IMG/VR virus record: IMGVR_UViG_3300021376_000006
Source of the DNA: a virus
Taxonomy: Duplodnaviria > Caudoviricetes
Reading direction: 5' to 3' (one strand)
Length of the DNA: 64,000 nt
Each line of letters opens with the position of its first letter. Within the stretch, counting starts at the first letter, position 1. A program made the translations under genes and the position numbers. Shown piece after piece: positions 18,826 through 26,913 of the stretch. The notes below the pieces were generated by a model. The model did no database searches. It was not told the DNA's origin and saw nothing but the letters and a program-made list of their open reading frames with translations.

Positions 18826-20532
18826 TTACACTACAAAATAGGTTTTTTGTAGCTTGATATTGGCTGTTCCTGCCACAGTATTTGCCCATAATCTCACAGT
18901 AGTGCCAGAAACATTTGCTATGAAAGTGGTTAAAGTACTGCCAGTAACTACTCTGTTGACATTACTTACATTTACGGTAGAGCCCATTTGCACTATAGCA
19001 AAATCAGCAAACTCTGCAGAACTGGCAGCTGTAGTTGATGCCAAATATCGTACTGATCTGTAACTGGCTTGATCAAAACTGTCAACTATCACATGCGAAG
19101 TGGTTAGAGCAATATTGGCTGGACTCACTTCCTGAGTGTTTTCCGCTGTAACTGTACCGGCTGCAATATACCTTATGCTTACAATATCAGTAACCAGTGG
19201 TATTTCTGTAAATGTAATTTGTGTACCAGCTACCGTATATGCTACACCTGGTTGCTGTAGTGTACCGTTGATGCTAACAATGATACCTTCGGCTGTGGTA
19301 CTGTAATCAAGTGTGTACACTGTGTTTGTACCATCAGGTGTAATGGTTTGATTATTAATTTGACCTAATAAACTTACCCATCCAGATCCTGTGTACACTT
19401 CTAATGTGTTGGTAATGTTGTTCCATCTTATAGCGCCGCCATAAACTGGTGTGGGCTGTTGAGCAGTAGTACCAGATGGTAATTGTAATGCAGAAGTTGT
19501 TGCTATTGTTACTACTGCATTACCATTTAATAACGGACTTAAAACTAAATTTCCAGTACGGCTGGATACGGTAACATCATTGAAATTAATATTGCCTATG
19601 TTAGCAGTGGCAATTGTTGCATTCGCCAATCCACTTATGTAACCACCACTGACAACTGCATTCGCAGTGCTGAAATTTGAGGCTACAGCGGTAGTGATGT
19701 TAGCAGCAGTAGAATTTAATGTCGCTGCTGACCAACTCTGTGCGTTACCTGTTGTGACTGTGGCATTGGCTAACCCAGCAATATATCCACCAGTGATTAA
19801 AATGTTTCCAGAACTGAAATTGGTAATGGCGCTTGTTGTTACATAAGCATTGGTCAGTGCAGATATATAACCGCCGCTAATAACAGCATTACCTGTGCTA
19901 AAATTTGTAGTAGTACCAGTGGTCGTATTGCTTTGTGTAGCGTTAAGTGTGGTAGCGTACCAACTTTCTACATTTCCTGTTGCAGCAGTAATATTTGCGA
20001 GTGCAGATATGTAACCTCCACTAACAACTGCATTTGCTGTACTAAAATTTGTTGTTTGGGTAGTGGTAGCAGTTAAATTAGCTAAATCGTTGATATAACC
20101 GCCGGTAATGACAGCATTGGCAGTGTTGACGGATCCAAATGCACCTGCGTAGGTAACTCCAATGTTGCCAAAGATACTGCTTCCATTCACATTAGAGATA
20201 TTACCACTGAAGTTATAGGCAAACAAATTACCTGCAAAAAGATTTCCCGAGATACCAGCACCGCCAACTACAGTTAATGCACCGTTAGTGACATCAGTGG
20301 AGTTTACGCCAGATGTTGCAACTAAATTGCCAAATATTCGTGCTACCCCTGACACATTGGCAGTGCCTGTAACAGTGAATGTATCTACTAGACTGTTGGT
20401 ATTGACACCAAATCGAAAGTTGGTGAAATCCATATAGGTCAACGGTTTACCATTTGTGGTAAACGCAAGATCTACACTTTGTCTGTCTAGGTCGGAAAAA
20501 AGTAAAGCGCCGCTTATTCTGCCAATTGCCAC
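18826..20532 (-). CDS. Tail fibre-like structural protein
   Basis: 568 aa; repeated TNFSTANAV(V/I)(S/T)GGYI units; LQLPSGTTAQQP...GAIRWN module. Confidence 0.7.
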   Translation of the reverse strand: MAIGRISGALLFSDLDRQSVDLAFTTNGKPLTYMDFTNFRFGVNTNSLVDTFTVTGTANVSGVARIFGNLVATSGVNSTDVTNGALTVVGGAGISGNLFAGNLFAYNFSGNISNVNGSSIFGNIGVTYAGAFGSVNTANAVITGGYINDLANLTATTTQTTNFSTANAVVSGGYISALANITAATGNVESWYATTLNATQSNTTTGTTTNFSTGNAVISGGYISALTNAYVTTSAITNFSSGNILITGGYIAGLANATVTTGNAQSWSAATLNSTAANITTAVASNFSTANAVVSGGYISGLANATIATANIGNINFNDVTVSSRTGNLVLSPLLNGNAVVTIATTSALQLPSGTTAQQPTPVYGGAIRWNNITNTLEVYTGSGWVSLLGQINNQTITPDGTNTVYTLDYSTTAEGIIVSINGTLQQPGVAYTVAGTQITFTEIPLVTDIVSIRYIAAGTVTAENTQEVSPANIALTTSHVIVDSFDQASYRSVRYLASTTAASSAEFADFAIVQMGSTVNVSNVNRVVTGSTLTTFIANVSGTTVRLWANTVAGTANIKLQKTYFVV

Positions 20533-20541
20533 GGCTGCTCC

Positions 20542-20967
20542 TTATGCAGCATCAGTGCTGTTGAGGTTGTGTACTACTACAATTTTGTTAGGATTCACTC
20601 CTGGCGCAGGAGGAGGGCTGGTGAATGTGATAGTGGTTGTACCATTCGTGGTATAATTTATTGTGGGCTGCTGATAAACACCGCCAATTGAAACCAGTAC
20701 AGCGTTGTCGCTTGATTCTATTTGACTCATTGTAAATGCGGTGGTTACACCATCGCCAGTGAATTCATCTACTGTGATGCTTACCGAACCAATTTTGGCC
20801 ACTTGATTCCAAACACTGGCAAAGTACATTTCTATTCTGTTGTTTGATATGTTAAATCTGACCTGTCCATTCACTGGTTGGTCTGGTCCAACACTGTTAC
20901 TACCAATAGGCAATTGTATTGCGTAGCTACCGCCCAACAATTGTGTGTTTTTTAAATAGCGTCCCAT
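20542..20967 (-). CDS. Small structural protein (fibre/collar module)
   Basis: LPIG....P...NGQVRFN and FTGDG.T..FT...V..GGVYQ.P modules shared with the adjacent fibres. Confidence 0.65.
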   Translation of the reverse strand: MGRYLKNTQLLGGSYAIQLPIGSNSVGPDQPVNGQVRFNISNNRIEMYFASVWNQVAKIGSVSITVDEFTGDGVTTAFTMSQIESSDNAVLVSIGGVYQQPTINYTTNGTTTITFTSPPPAPGVNPNKIVVVHNLNSTDAA

Positions 20968-20970
20968 TAG

Positions 20971-21294
20971 TTATACACCTATAGTGCTTACAGTGGCCAC
21001 AATGGTGTTACCAACATTGGCATTTGCTCTAATTGTGTCGCCTTGAGCCAATACCAGTTTTTCCCAGTCAACAATATAGGTATCCCCGGATGTGATCAAT
21101 TTGTTCTTGTACACTATGTTGTTGGCATTGGCCTCAAAGCCCGCAGGAACAACATGCAAGGTAAAGGCTGTTGCTGCTGTGTTTGTGTTGCAAAAATACA
21201 TGGTAGTTACCGCTTGTCCACCAACGCTGGTCACTGTCAATACATTGGCTGCTGCCTGTCCTGAGTCTACTAAAACTGTGTTGTGAATTGCCAT
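20971..21294 (-). CDS. Small beta-sandwich structural protein
   Basis: 107 aa in the fibre operon; AAGGA SD. Confidence 0.6.
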   Translation of the reverse strand: MAIHNTVLVDSGQAAANVLTVTSVGGQAVTTMYFCNTNTAATAFTLHVVPAGFEANANNIVYKNKLITSGDTYIVDWEKLVLAQGDTIRANANVGNTIVATVSTIGV

Positions 21295-21303
21295 TTTATA
21301 TCC

Positions 21304-21684
21304 TTATAGTACCAATGCGTAAACTTGTGCGCTGGTTACTGCTGTTGCTGATCCGGTCTGAATTGATTCGTATGTTGATCCATCGTTTGTTAAAGTCCAG
21401 GCCCCTAATGTTTCGTTCCAAAGGATTGCCACATTTGCATACGATCCTCTATCAACCTCAATACCAGCTGTGTTTAGTGTTACACCTGCCCCAGTTTCCC
21501 CTGCATTTAAAGTTATGGTATTATCAGTGATGCTGAGATCTTTTTTGTAAACGTTGGTGGAATTTCCTCCAACAAAAAGATTACCATCAATGTAGACTGT
21601 GTTAGTACTTATAGTGACATTGGCAGTTGGATTGATCTTGTTGGTAATACTGTAGTCAGTATTTAAACTTTTAACTGTGGCCAT
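21304..21684 (-). CDS. Structural protein (fibre-related)
   Basis: DNTITLNAGETGAG...AGIEVDRGS...WNE..GAW module, also seen in the 1051-aa fibre. Confidence 0.6.
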   Translation of the reverse strand: MATVKSLNTDYSITNKINPTANVTISTNTVYIDGNLFVGGNSTNVYKKDLSITDNTITLNAGETGAGVTLNTAGIEVDRGSYANVAILWNETLGAWTLTNDGSTYESIQTGSATAVTSAQVYALVL

Positions 21685-21703
21685 TATGGGTCCTTATCTA
21701 GTG

Positions 21704-21710
21704 TATTTAT
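21704..21710 (-). promoter_or_regulatory. Late promoter ATAAATA
   Basis: Motif 20 nt upstream of the ATG at 21684, just past a terminator. Confidence 0.6.
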
Positions 21711-21734
21711 GCTAGTATAAAGTTTGATCTAGTC

Positions 21735-21760
21735 AATAAAAAACCCGCCAAAGCGGGTTT
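21735..21760 (-). terminator. Rho-independent terminator
   Basis: AAACCCGC-TTTG-GCGGGTTT stem followed by a T-rich tract. Confidence 0.8.
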
Positions 21761-21778
21761 AATTTTATATCATTTTGA

Positions 21779-22270
21779 TCAATGACATTCTACATTTGCA
21801 AAAGTAGAAGTTGCTACGCTGTCACTGGTTCTCCAACGATATCTGTTATTGCTTTGATCCCAAACATGTTTGTTTGAGATTCTGCTTACATAGAACCGAG
21901 TATTACTGGTATTATACCCAGTCACTGTCATAGTGCTCGATCCTGATGCTGCTGCTGCATTGGCAGCATCTGCTCCTGCTGCTAATGTAGCGATAGTAAC
22001 ACTGGCATTGCTATGTGTACGACTTTCAGTTGCGCCTACCGCATTAGCGACCAAGAACTGTTTAGCACCTTTTTGAGCAATAATATAGGCATTTGCGTGT
22101 AACACGCCTGCGCTTGTTCTAAATTGTACTTTGACTGTTTTTACACCTTGAACTGTTACCCACTGTGGACGACCGCCGGTGCCACCAACGGAACTGATTG
22201 TTGCACTTACTTCTTGATCAACTAGTGTACCGTCACTTCTTTCGTGACTAATTTTTAAACCTCTTGCCAT
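21779..22270 (-). CDS. Hypothetical virion protein (possible head decoration)
   Basis: 163 aa, strong AAAGGAGA SD, own late promoter, downstream of the capsid gene. Confidence 0.6.
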   Translation of the reverse strand: MARGLKISHERSDGTLVDQEVSATISSVGGTGGRPQWVTVQGVKTVKVQFRTSAGVLHANAYIIAQKGAKQFLVANAVGATESRTHSNASVTIATLAAGADAANAAAASGSSTMTVTGYNTSNTRFYVSRISNKHVWDQSNNRYRWRTSDSVATSTFANVECH

Positions 22271-22284
22271 TTTATTTCTCCTTT

Positions 22285-22350
22285 AATTAGCGTTCTAGGC
22301 TATACGCGGTTAGCATTCCGACATAAGCTCTCAGTTAAGAGCGAACTAAT
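22285..22350 (-). ncRNA. Candidate structured 5' leader (three-way junction)
   Basis: Lies between late promoter and SD: ATTAG/CTAAT closing stem, GCTCT-TAACTG-AGAGC hairpin, TATG(T)CGG/CCGCGTA hairpin. Confidence 0.5.
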
Positions 22351-22586
22351 TATTTATTTGATCCGCAATAAATTTGGTCCATGGATCGGTGTTTGCGTAC
22401 TGCCGTAGTACTTCTAGATTTTTTACTCTTCGCGTTGTGGTAGCAAAGTAAATTTTTTTCTAAATCTTTAAATACACGGGCCAACTCAATTAATACTCTG
22501 TCACAACGTATCGTCCACGAATCAATAGTATCGTAGCTGTGATCAATATAATTGTCAAAAGTATCAATTCCAATATACTTACTCAT
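22350..22586 (-). CDS. Hypothetical protein (78 aa)
   Basis: ATG at 22586 just after the gp23 terminator; the longer start in the ORF track runs through the hairpin. Confidence 0.4.
   Translation of the reverse strand: MSKYIGIDTFDNYIDHSYDTIDSWTIRCDRVLIELARVFKDLEKNLLCYHNAKSKKSRSTTAVRKHRSMDQIYCGSNK
22351..22357 (-). promoter_or_regulatory. Late promoter ATAAATA
   Basis: Immediately upstream of the structured leader. Confidence 0.6.
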
Positions 22587-22613
22587 AAAAAAAGCACCCG
22601 AAGGTGCTTTTTT
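22587..22613. terminator. Bidirectional terminator after major capsid gene
   Basis: GCACC-TTCG-GGTGC (minus strand) flanked by A/T tracts on both sides. Confidence 0.85.
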
Positions 22614-22637
22614 ATTTTTACCAAACAATGATAAAAA

Positions 22638-23834
22638 TCACTGAAATGATAGATTTGAGACAGCAATCTCACCTAGGTAGTCAGCTGCATTACCGAACGA
22701 CGATGCTGTGTTAGTTAACTCAACATAACCATAACGAGTCATGAAACCAACTACTGGCTCAAATGTGCTTGGATCTAGAACAACACCAGAGCTCATTAGA
22801 GGGATATATGGGCAATAGAACGCTGCTGCATCAGCCTCGCTTGAACCCTTATAACCAACTAGAACTGCTTGGCTATCGCTAGCATAGCTGTCAACATAGA
22901 TACGCATTGCGCCGTTTAGTGTACCAACAAACTTGGTGTTGGTAGGAGCTTCAAAGGTACCTTCAGTTGTACGAGCAAATGCACTAGTGGTTGCGCTTTG
23001 TAACACAGTTAGAGCTGCTGGACTTACAACTGCCCAGTTACCAGCACCACGACGTGTACGACTAGCGATTAGGTTTGCTGTACGGTTGATTAGAACAGCT
23101 AGTGCAGCATGTTCGTCACCAACGAATGTAGCAGTACCTGATACAGCAGCCTGGTCAAATGTAAACTCAGTTGCTGCTAGGCTACGTAGCGAACCTAGGA
23201 TTTCTTGGTCAATTTCAACGGTAATCTCTTGTGCAAGAGCTGCCATGATTTCTGCTTCGATGTCAAGACCGTGCATGGCTTGTGCATCTTGTGCAGCTTC
23301 AAAAGTCCAGCGAGCTGATAACTTACGAGTCTTGGCTTCAACAACTTGCTTCAAGATTTGTACATTGATTCTGTTACCAGGTACACCTTCTAGTGTGCTA
23401 GTTGTTGCTGCTTTACCAGTTGTTGCTGTGCCACCTGGTGTTAGACCAGAATATGCAACAGCTATCTTGAATGGGCTTAGTGCTTCATCACCAGCTGTGG
23501 TACCAGTAGCGTATGGGCTAGCTGTGTCAGTGGTATTGTCTGCATAACGAACACGTAGTGTGTGGATCTGTGCAACAGGTCCAGTCATTGGCTGAACACC
23601 AACGATTTCGTTTGCAATAACTGTAGGCATTACACGTCGAATAACTGGTAGAATTACACGATTTAGTGTTGCTACGTTTGAAGCGGCAGTTGCGCCTGCA
23701 GTTGCAGCTTCCATCAAGTGCGTGCGAGTGTTCTCAAGGATTACACCCATTGTGGTTCTTTTAGAACCGTTTAAGCCTTCTAACAGAGCGTCTTTAGTTT
23801 CGCCCCAACGGCTTTCTAGTAATGCTTGTGTCAT
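22638..23834 (-). CDS. gp23: Major capsid protein
   Basis: VGVQPMTGPVAQI, RKLSARWTFEAAQD...HGLDIEAE, AFYCPYIPL and TRYG motifs. Confidence 0.97.
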   Translation of the reverse strand: MTQALLESRWGETKDALLEGLNGSKRTTMGVILENTRTHLMEAATAGATAASNVATLNRVILPVIRRVMPTVIANEIVGVQPMTGPVAQIHTLRVRYADNTTDTASPYATGTTAGDEALSPFKIAVAYSGLTPGGTATTGKAATTSTLEGVPGNRINVQILKQVVEAKTRKLSARWTFEAAQDAQAMHGLDIEAEIMAALAQEITVEIDQEILGSLRSLAATEFTFDQAAVSGTATFVGDEHAALAVLINRTANLIASRTRRGAGNWAVVSPAALTVLQSATTSAFARTTEGTFEAPTNTKFVGTLNGAMRIYVDSYASDSQAVLVGYKGSSEADAAAFYCPYIPLMSSGVVLDPSTFEPVVGFMTRYGYVELTNTASSFGNAADYLGEIAVSNLSFQ

Positions 23835-23850
23835 TTTTTTCCTTTTCTCC

Positions 23851-23857
23851 TATTTAG
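23851..23857 (-). promoter_or_regulatory. Late promoter variant CTAAATA for gp23
   Basis: Motif 17 nt upstream of the ATG, followed by an AGGAG SD. Confidence 0.55.
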
Positions 23858-23860
23858 GGT

Positions 23861-24967
23861 TTACTTTAGCCCTGCTAAACGCTTGATTTCAAAAACGTTA
23901 TTAGCGTTTTCTTCAACGGTTTGTGTATTAGCAGATTTATCACCAGTTACTTCTACACGGCCTTCTGCTAGCATTGCCTTGGGCTTGGCAGCAGGTTGAG
24001 CTGTGTTGTTTAGAACAGCTGGTAGATACTTGTCGTATGCACTCTGCAACTTAGCAGTCTGCACACTTTCAAGGAGTTCGCTCATGACTGCTGCTTTCTC
24101 CTTGTTTAACGATTTCAAAAGACTTGCCATGATTTCACGGCGTTCAGTTGATTCACGTATAATCTTAATTTCTTTCTCTTTTGATTCAACAATCATTGCA
24201 GCTTTTTCTACATGAGCTTGTGCTTCTTGCAAAGCCTGCTCTTTGGCAGCAACAACAGCTTGTAGCTTGCGAATCTCTTTGTTCTCATTTAAGTGAGTAA
24301 CAGCGAATTCACTAGCAAAAGCTTCAAAGATTTGACGACCAAACATGTTCTCACGAGCAAGTTGTATGTCTTCTTTGAGTTGAGTCATTTCTGACTCTAG
24401 TTTTCTGGTAATTGACTCTTTAACCAGTTCTGCAGATCTTGCAACGAAATTTTGTTGTAGTTCAGCAAGCTTATCTTTGGCACCAGCGATTAGACGAACT
24501 TTTGTCTCAACCACTGCCTGCTTGTCTTGCTCGAACTCTTGAATTTCTTCCGCTAATGACTTGATAACAAATGATTCTAGCTTACTAACACTATTTTCAT
24601 ATTGCTTACGGTCTTCACGTAGTTCTTTAATTTCTTCGGCCAGTTTACCAACCAAGAAATTGTTGAACTTTTCGCTGTTTTCCATCATGTGAACTTTAAA
24701 TTTCGCACGATCTTCTGCTAGAGACTGTTTCTCTGCTGCAAACTCTTCGAGTTCGCTTTGCAGACTTTCAGTTACCATTCTGTCTAGAGCTTCAACCATA
24801 ACTTGTTTGTCATGCTGATAGCGTTGAGCAAATTCTTCACGAAGTTCTGCACGAACACTCTCACGAGCTTCTAGCAGTTTTGCTTCCCAAGCTTCACTAA
24901 TTGCTTGCTTGGTATCTTCGTTTATGATGCCGCTGTCTACCAATGGTTTGATAGCATCTAATAACAT
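23861..24967 (-). CDS. gp22: Prohead core scaffold protein
   Basis: Glu/Lys coiled-coil between gp21 and gp23; AISEAWEAKL N-terminus. Confidence 0.85.
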   Translation of the reverse strand: MLLDAIKPLVDSGIINEDTKQAISEAWEAKLLEARESVRAELREEFAQRYQHDKQVMVEALDRMVTESLQSELEEFAAEKQSLAEDRAKFKVHMMENSEKFNNFLVGKLAEEIKELREDRKQYENSVSKLESFVIKSLAEEIQEFEQDKQAVVETKVRLIAGAKDKLAELQQNFVARSAELVKESITRKLESEMTQLKEDIQLARENMFGRQIFEAFASEFAVTHLNENKEIRKLQAVVAAKEQALQEAQAHVEKAAMIVESKEKEIKIIRESTERREIMASLLKSLNKEKAAVMSELLESVQTAKLQSAYDKYLPAVLNNTAQPAAKPKAMLAEGRVEVTGDKSANTQTVEENANNVFEIKRLAGLK

Positions 24968-24977
24968 CAGGTTTCTC

Positions 24978-25625
24978 CTATTTTAACTTAAGGTCATTGA
25001 TAAGGCGTGTTAGGCCTTCTTTCAGGTACCGCTGTACTCTTTGATCTTGTGTGGCATCACGAGCCACATCTAACACTCGGTGTCCGTGACGCATATTCAT
25101 CAAGCTCTCATAGATAGCTCTTGGATATGCATTTGGAGCCGAAGGCTGTGCTACAATGTCAACGGTTATGATATCAAAACCACTTACACGCCCGTCGTTA
25201 GCTACTTCTCCGCTTCCTCGGCTGCTGACACCCAACTTTACACCAGATGTGATCATTGCTTTAACAAGTTCTCCCATTGGTGTTGGTAGGATTTTTAGTT
25301 TGCCAAATCCGCAAGGACCGTCCATCCACATGCCTGTAATCATATGTGACACACGATCCAAATTAATCTTCAAATCATCAGGGTGATCAACTTCGCCAAG
25401 GACGCTTTTGCCTTCCTTGATAGTTTCATTGATAGTTTGTACGGCCTTTTGAATTTCCGTCATAGGATATACACGCTGATTTTCATTTTTGACATCACCT
25501 TGAATGCATATCCCTTCCAGATACAAATTTTTCTGTTCCTTTCCATCGTACCCGGGCGCATCCTCTTCAAGGATTTTGATCTGCGCCCGGTCGAATGAAA
25601 GTTGCTCTTTTAGGTACAAAGCCAT
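24978..25625 (-). CDS. gp21: Prohead protease
   Basis: YLEGICIQG..KNENQRVY, LGEVDHP, LKILPTPMG, GVSSRG and DIVAQPSAPNA motifs. Confidence 0.95.
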   Translation of the reverse strand: MALYLKEQLSFDRAQIKILEEDAPGYDGKEQKNLYLEGICIQGDVKNENQRVYPMTEIQKAVQTINETIKEGKSVLGEVDHPDDLKINLDRVSHMITGMWMDGPCGFGKLKILPTPMGELVKAMITSGVKLGVSSRGSGEVANDGRVSGFDIITVDIVAQPSAPNAYPRAIYESLMNMRHGHRVLDVARDATQDQRVQRYLKEGLTRLINDLKLK

Positions 25626-25638
25626 ATTATTGCCCTAA

Positions 25639-26574
25639 TTAATTACCACCAGGTTCGATACTGTGCTTGTTAATGCCGCCTTCTTCACCTGTTTTTGCTT
25701 TCTCTTTCTTTGAGAAAGTGTTGCCTGCTCTTGCTCCTGGAACATTTTCAAAGTTACCTGCATGTGGTAGATCTTTGGTTGTGCCTTTCTTTGGAGCACT
25801 TGTGCCGTCTGGTGCGCTTTCGCTAGCACCTTGCACCAAGTTCTTTGCAGTACCACCCATGTCATTCTTGCCTGCTACTGTTGACTGTGTGTTAACATTA
25901 GCATGATCGCCACCTGCGCTGGTACCAGCTGGTTGTCCTTCGGTGTTGCTAGGTGCGCTGATTTTTTCTACATATTCACGCATTAGATCAACTGCGGTTT
26001 TTTGTAGCGGACGACGCTGACGAGATTCATAAACGGACTCATCCATTTTTTCTTCTTTGTCGTCATCTTCTTCTTTGTCATCTTTGTCGTCATGTTGAGC
26101 TTCGTACATTTCCATGTCATCTTTACGATCCATGTCGACCATGTCATCATCGCCCATGTCCATTGTATCCATGTCCCCCATGTCATCATCGCCTTCGTCG
26201 CCCATTAGCTGTTCAAATTCGGCTTTTAAGGCTTCTAGCTCGCTTTCAAGATCCATGACTTTTTGCTCTAGGTCGCCTACGCCATCGTCATCGCCCATGT
26301 CATCATCGCCCATGTCGCCCATGTCGCCCATGTCCATGGCATCCATGACATCTTCGTCTTCGCCTTCGACCATGCCACCGTTTTGATCGGCATCAATTTC
26401 CTGCATCATTGATTCTACTGGACTACCGCCCATACCTTCTTCGGCATATTCTTCATCCATTAGGCTTTCGTAGATGTCGCGACTTTTTTCTACTACAATT
26501 TCGTGAAACAACGCACGAGCTTGATCTTCCTCGTCGTTGATAATGTGTTCTATTAGCTGTTCATATTTGTTCAT
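25639..26574 (-). CDS. Acidic prohead core protein (gp67/gp68-like position)
   Basis: Very D/E/M-rich, located between portal and protease; DMG microrepeats. Confidence 0.65.
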   Translation of the reverse strand: MNKYEQLIEHIINDEEDQARALFHEIVVEKSRDIYESLMDEEYAEEGMGGSPVESMMQEIDADQNGGMVEGEDEDVMDAMDMGDMGDMGDDDMGDDDGVGDLEQKVMDLESELEALKAEFEQLMGDEGDDDMGDMDTMDMGDDDMVDMDRKDDMEMYEAQHDDKDDKEEDDDKEEKMDESVYESRQRRPLQKTAVDLMREYVEKISAPSNTEGQPAGTSAGGDHANVNTQSTVAGKNDMGGTAKNLVQGASESAPDGTSAPKKGTTKDLPHAGNFENVPGARAGNTFSKKEKAKTGEEGGINKHSIEPGGN

Positions 26575-26667
26575 CGGGAACTCCTTATAATAATATGGCT
26601 GTATTTTATTTACTAAAATACCTAGATAATGGGGTTAAATGGTGTTTTTTTGAAGGATTTACTAGGA

Positions 26668-26892
26668 CTACATAGGCCCAGGCGCGGCTGCAGGAGGTTT
26701 GTACTGTTTTGCTACTTTTTCTAATTTGTTTTCGTGTTCTACTTTACGCACATCATTGGCCATTCGTAAACGATTGAGATCGCCCAAGGTAAGCCGTGTT
26801 TTTCTAAGATCGCTCAGCTTGAGAGGCGTGTTATCGTCTTTCTCACTTTGATATCCGGGCTTGGCAGGTTCAAACAATTCAGTAACAATCAT
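26668..26892 (-). CDS. Small prohead-associated hypothetical protein
   Basis: 74 aa, own late promoter GTAAATA at 26898-26904. Confidence 0.6.
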   Translation of the reverse strand: MIVTELFEPAKPGYQSEKDDNTPLKLSDLRKTRLTLGDLNRLRMANDVRKVEHENKLEKVAKQYKPPAAAPGPM

Positions 26893-26913
26893 ACAGTTAT
26901 TTACTCAATCTTG

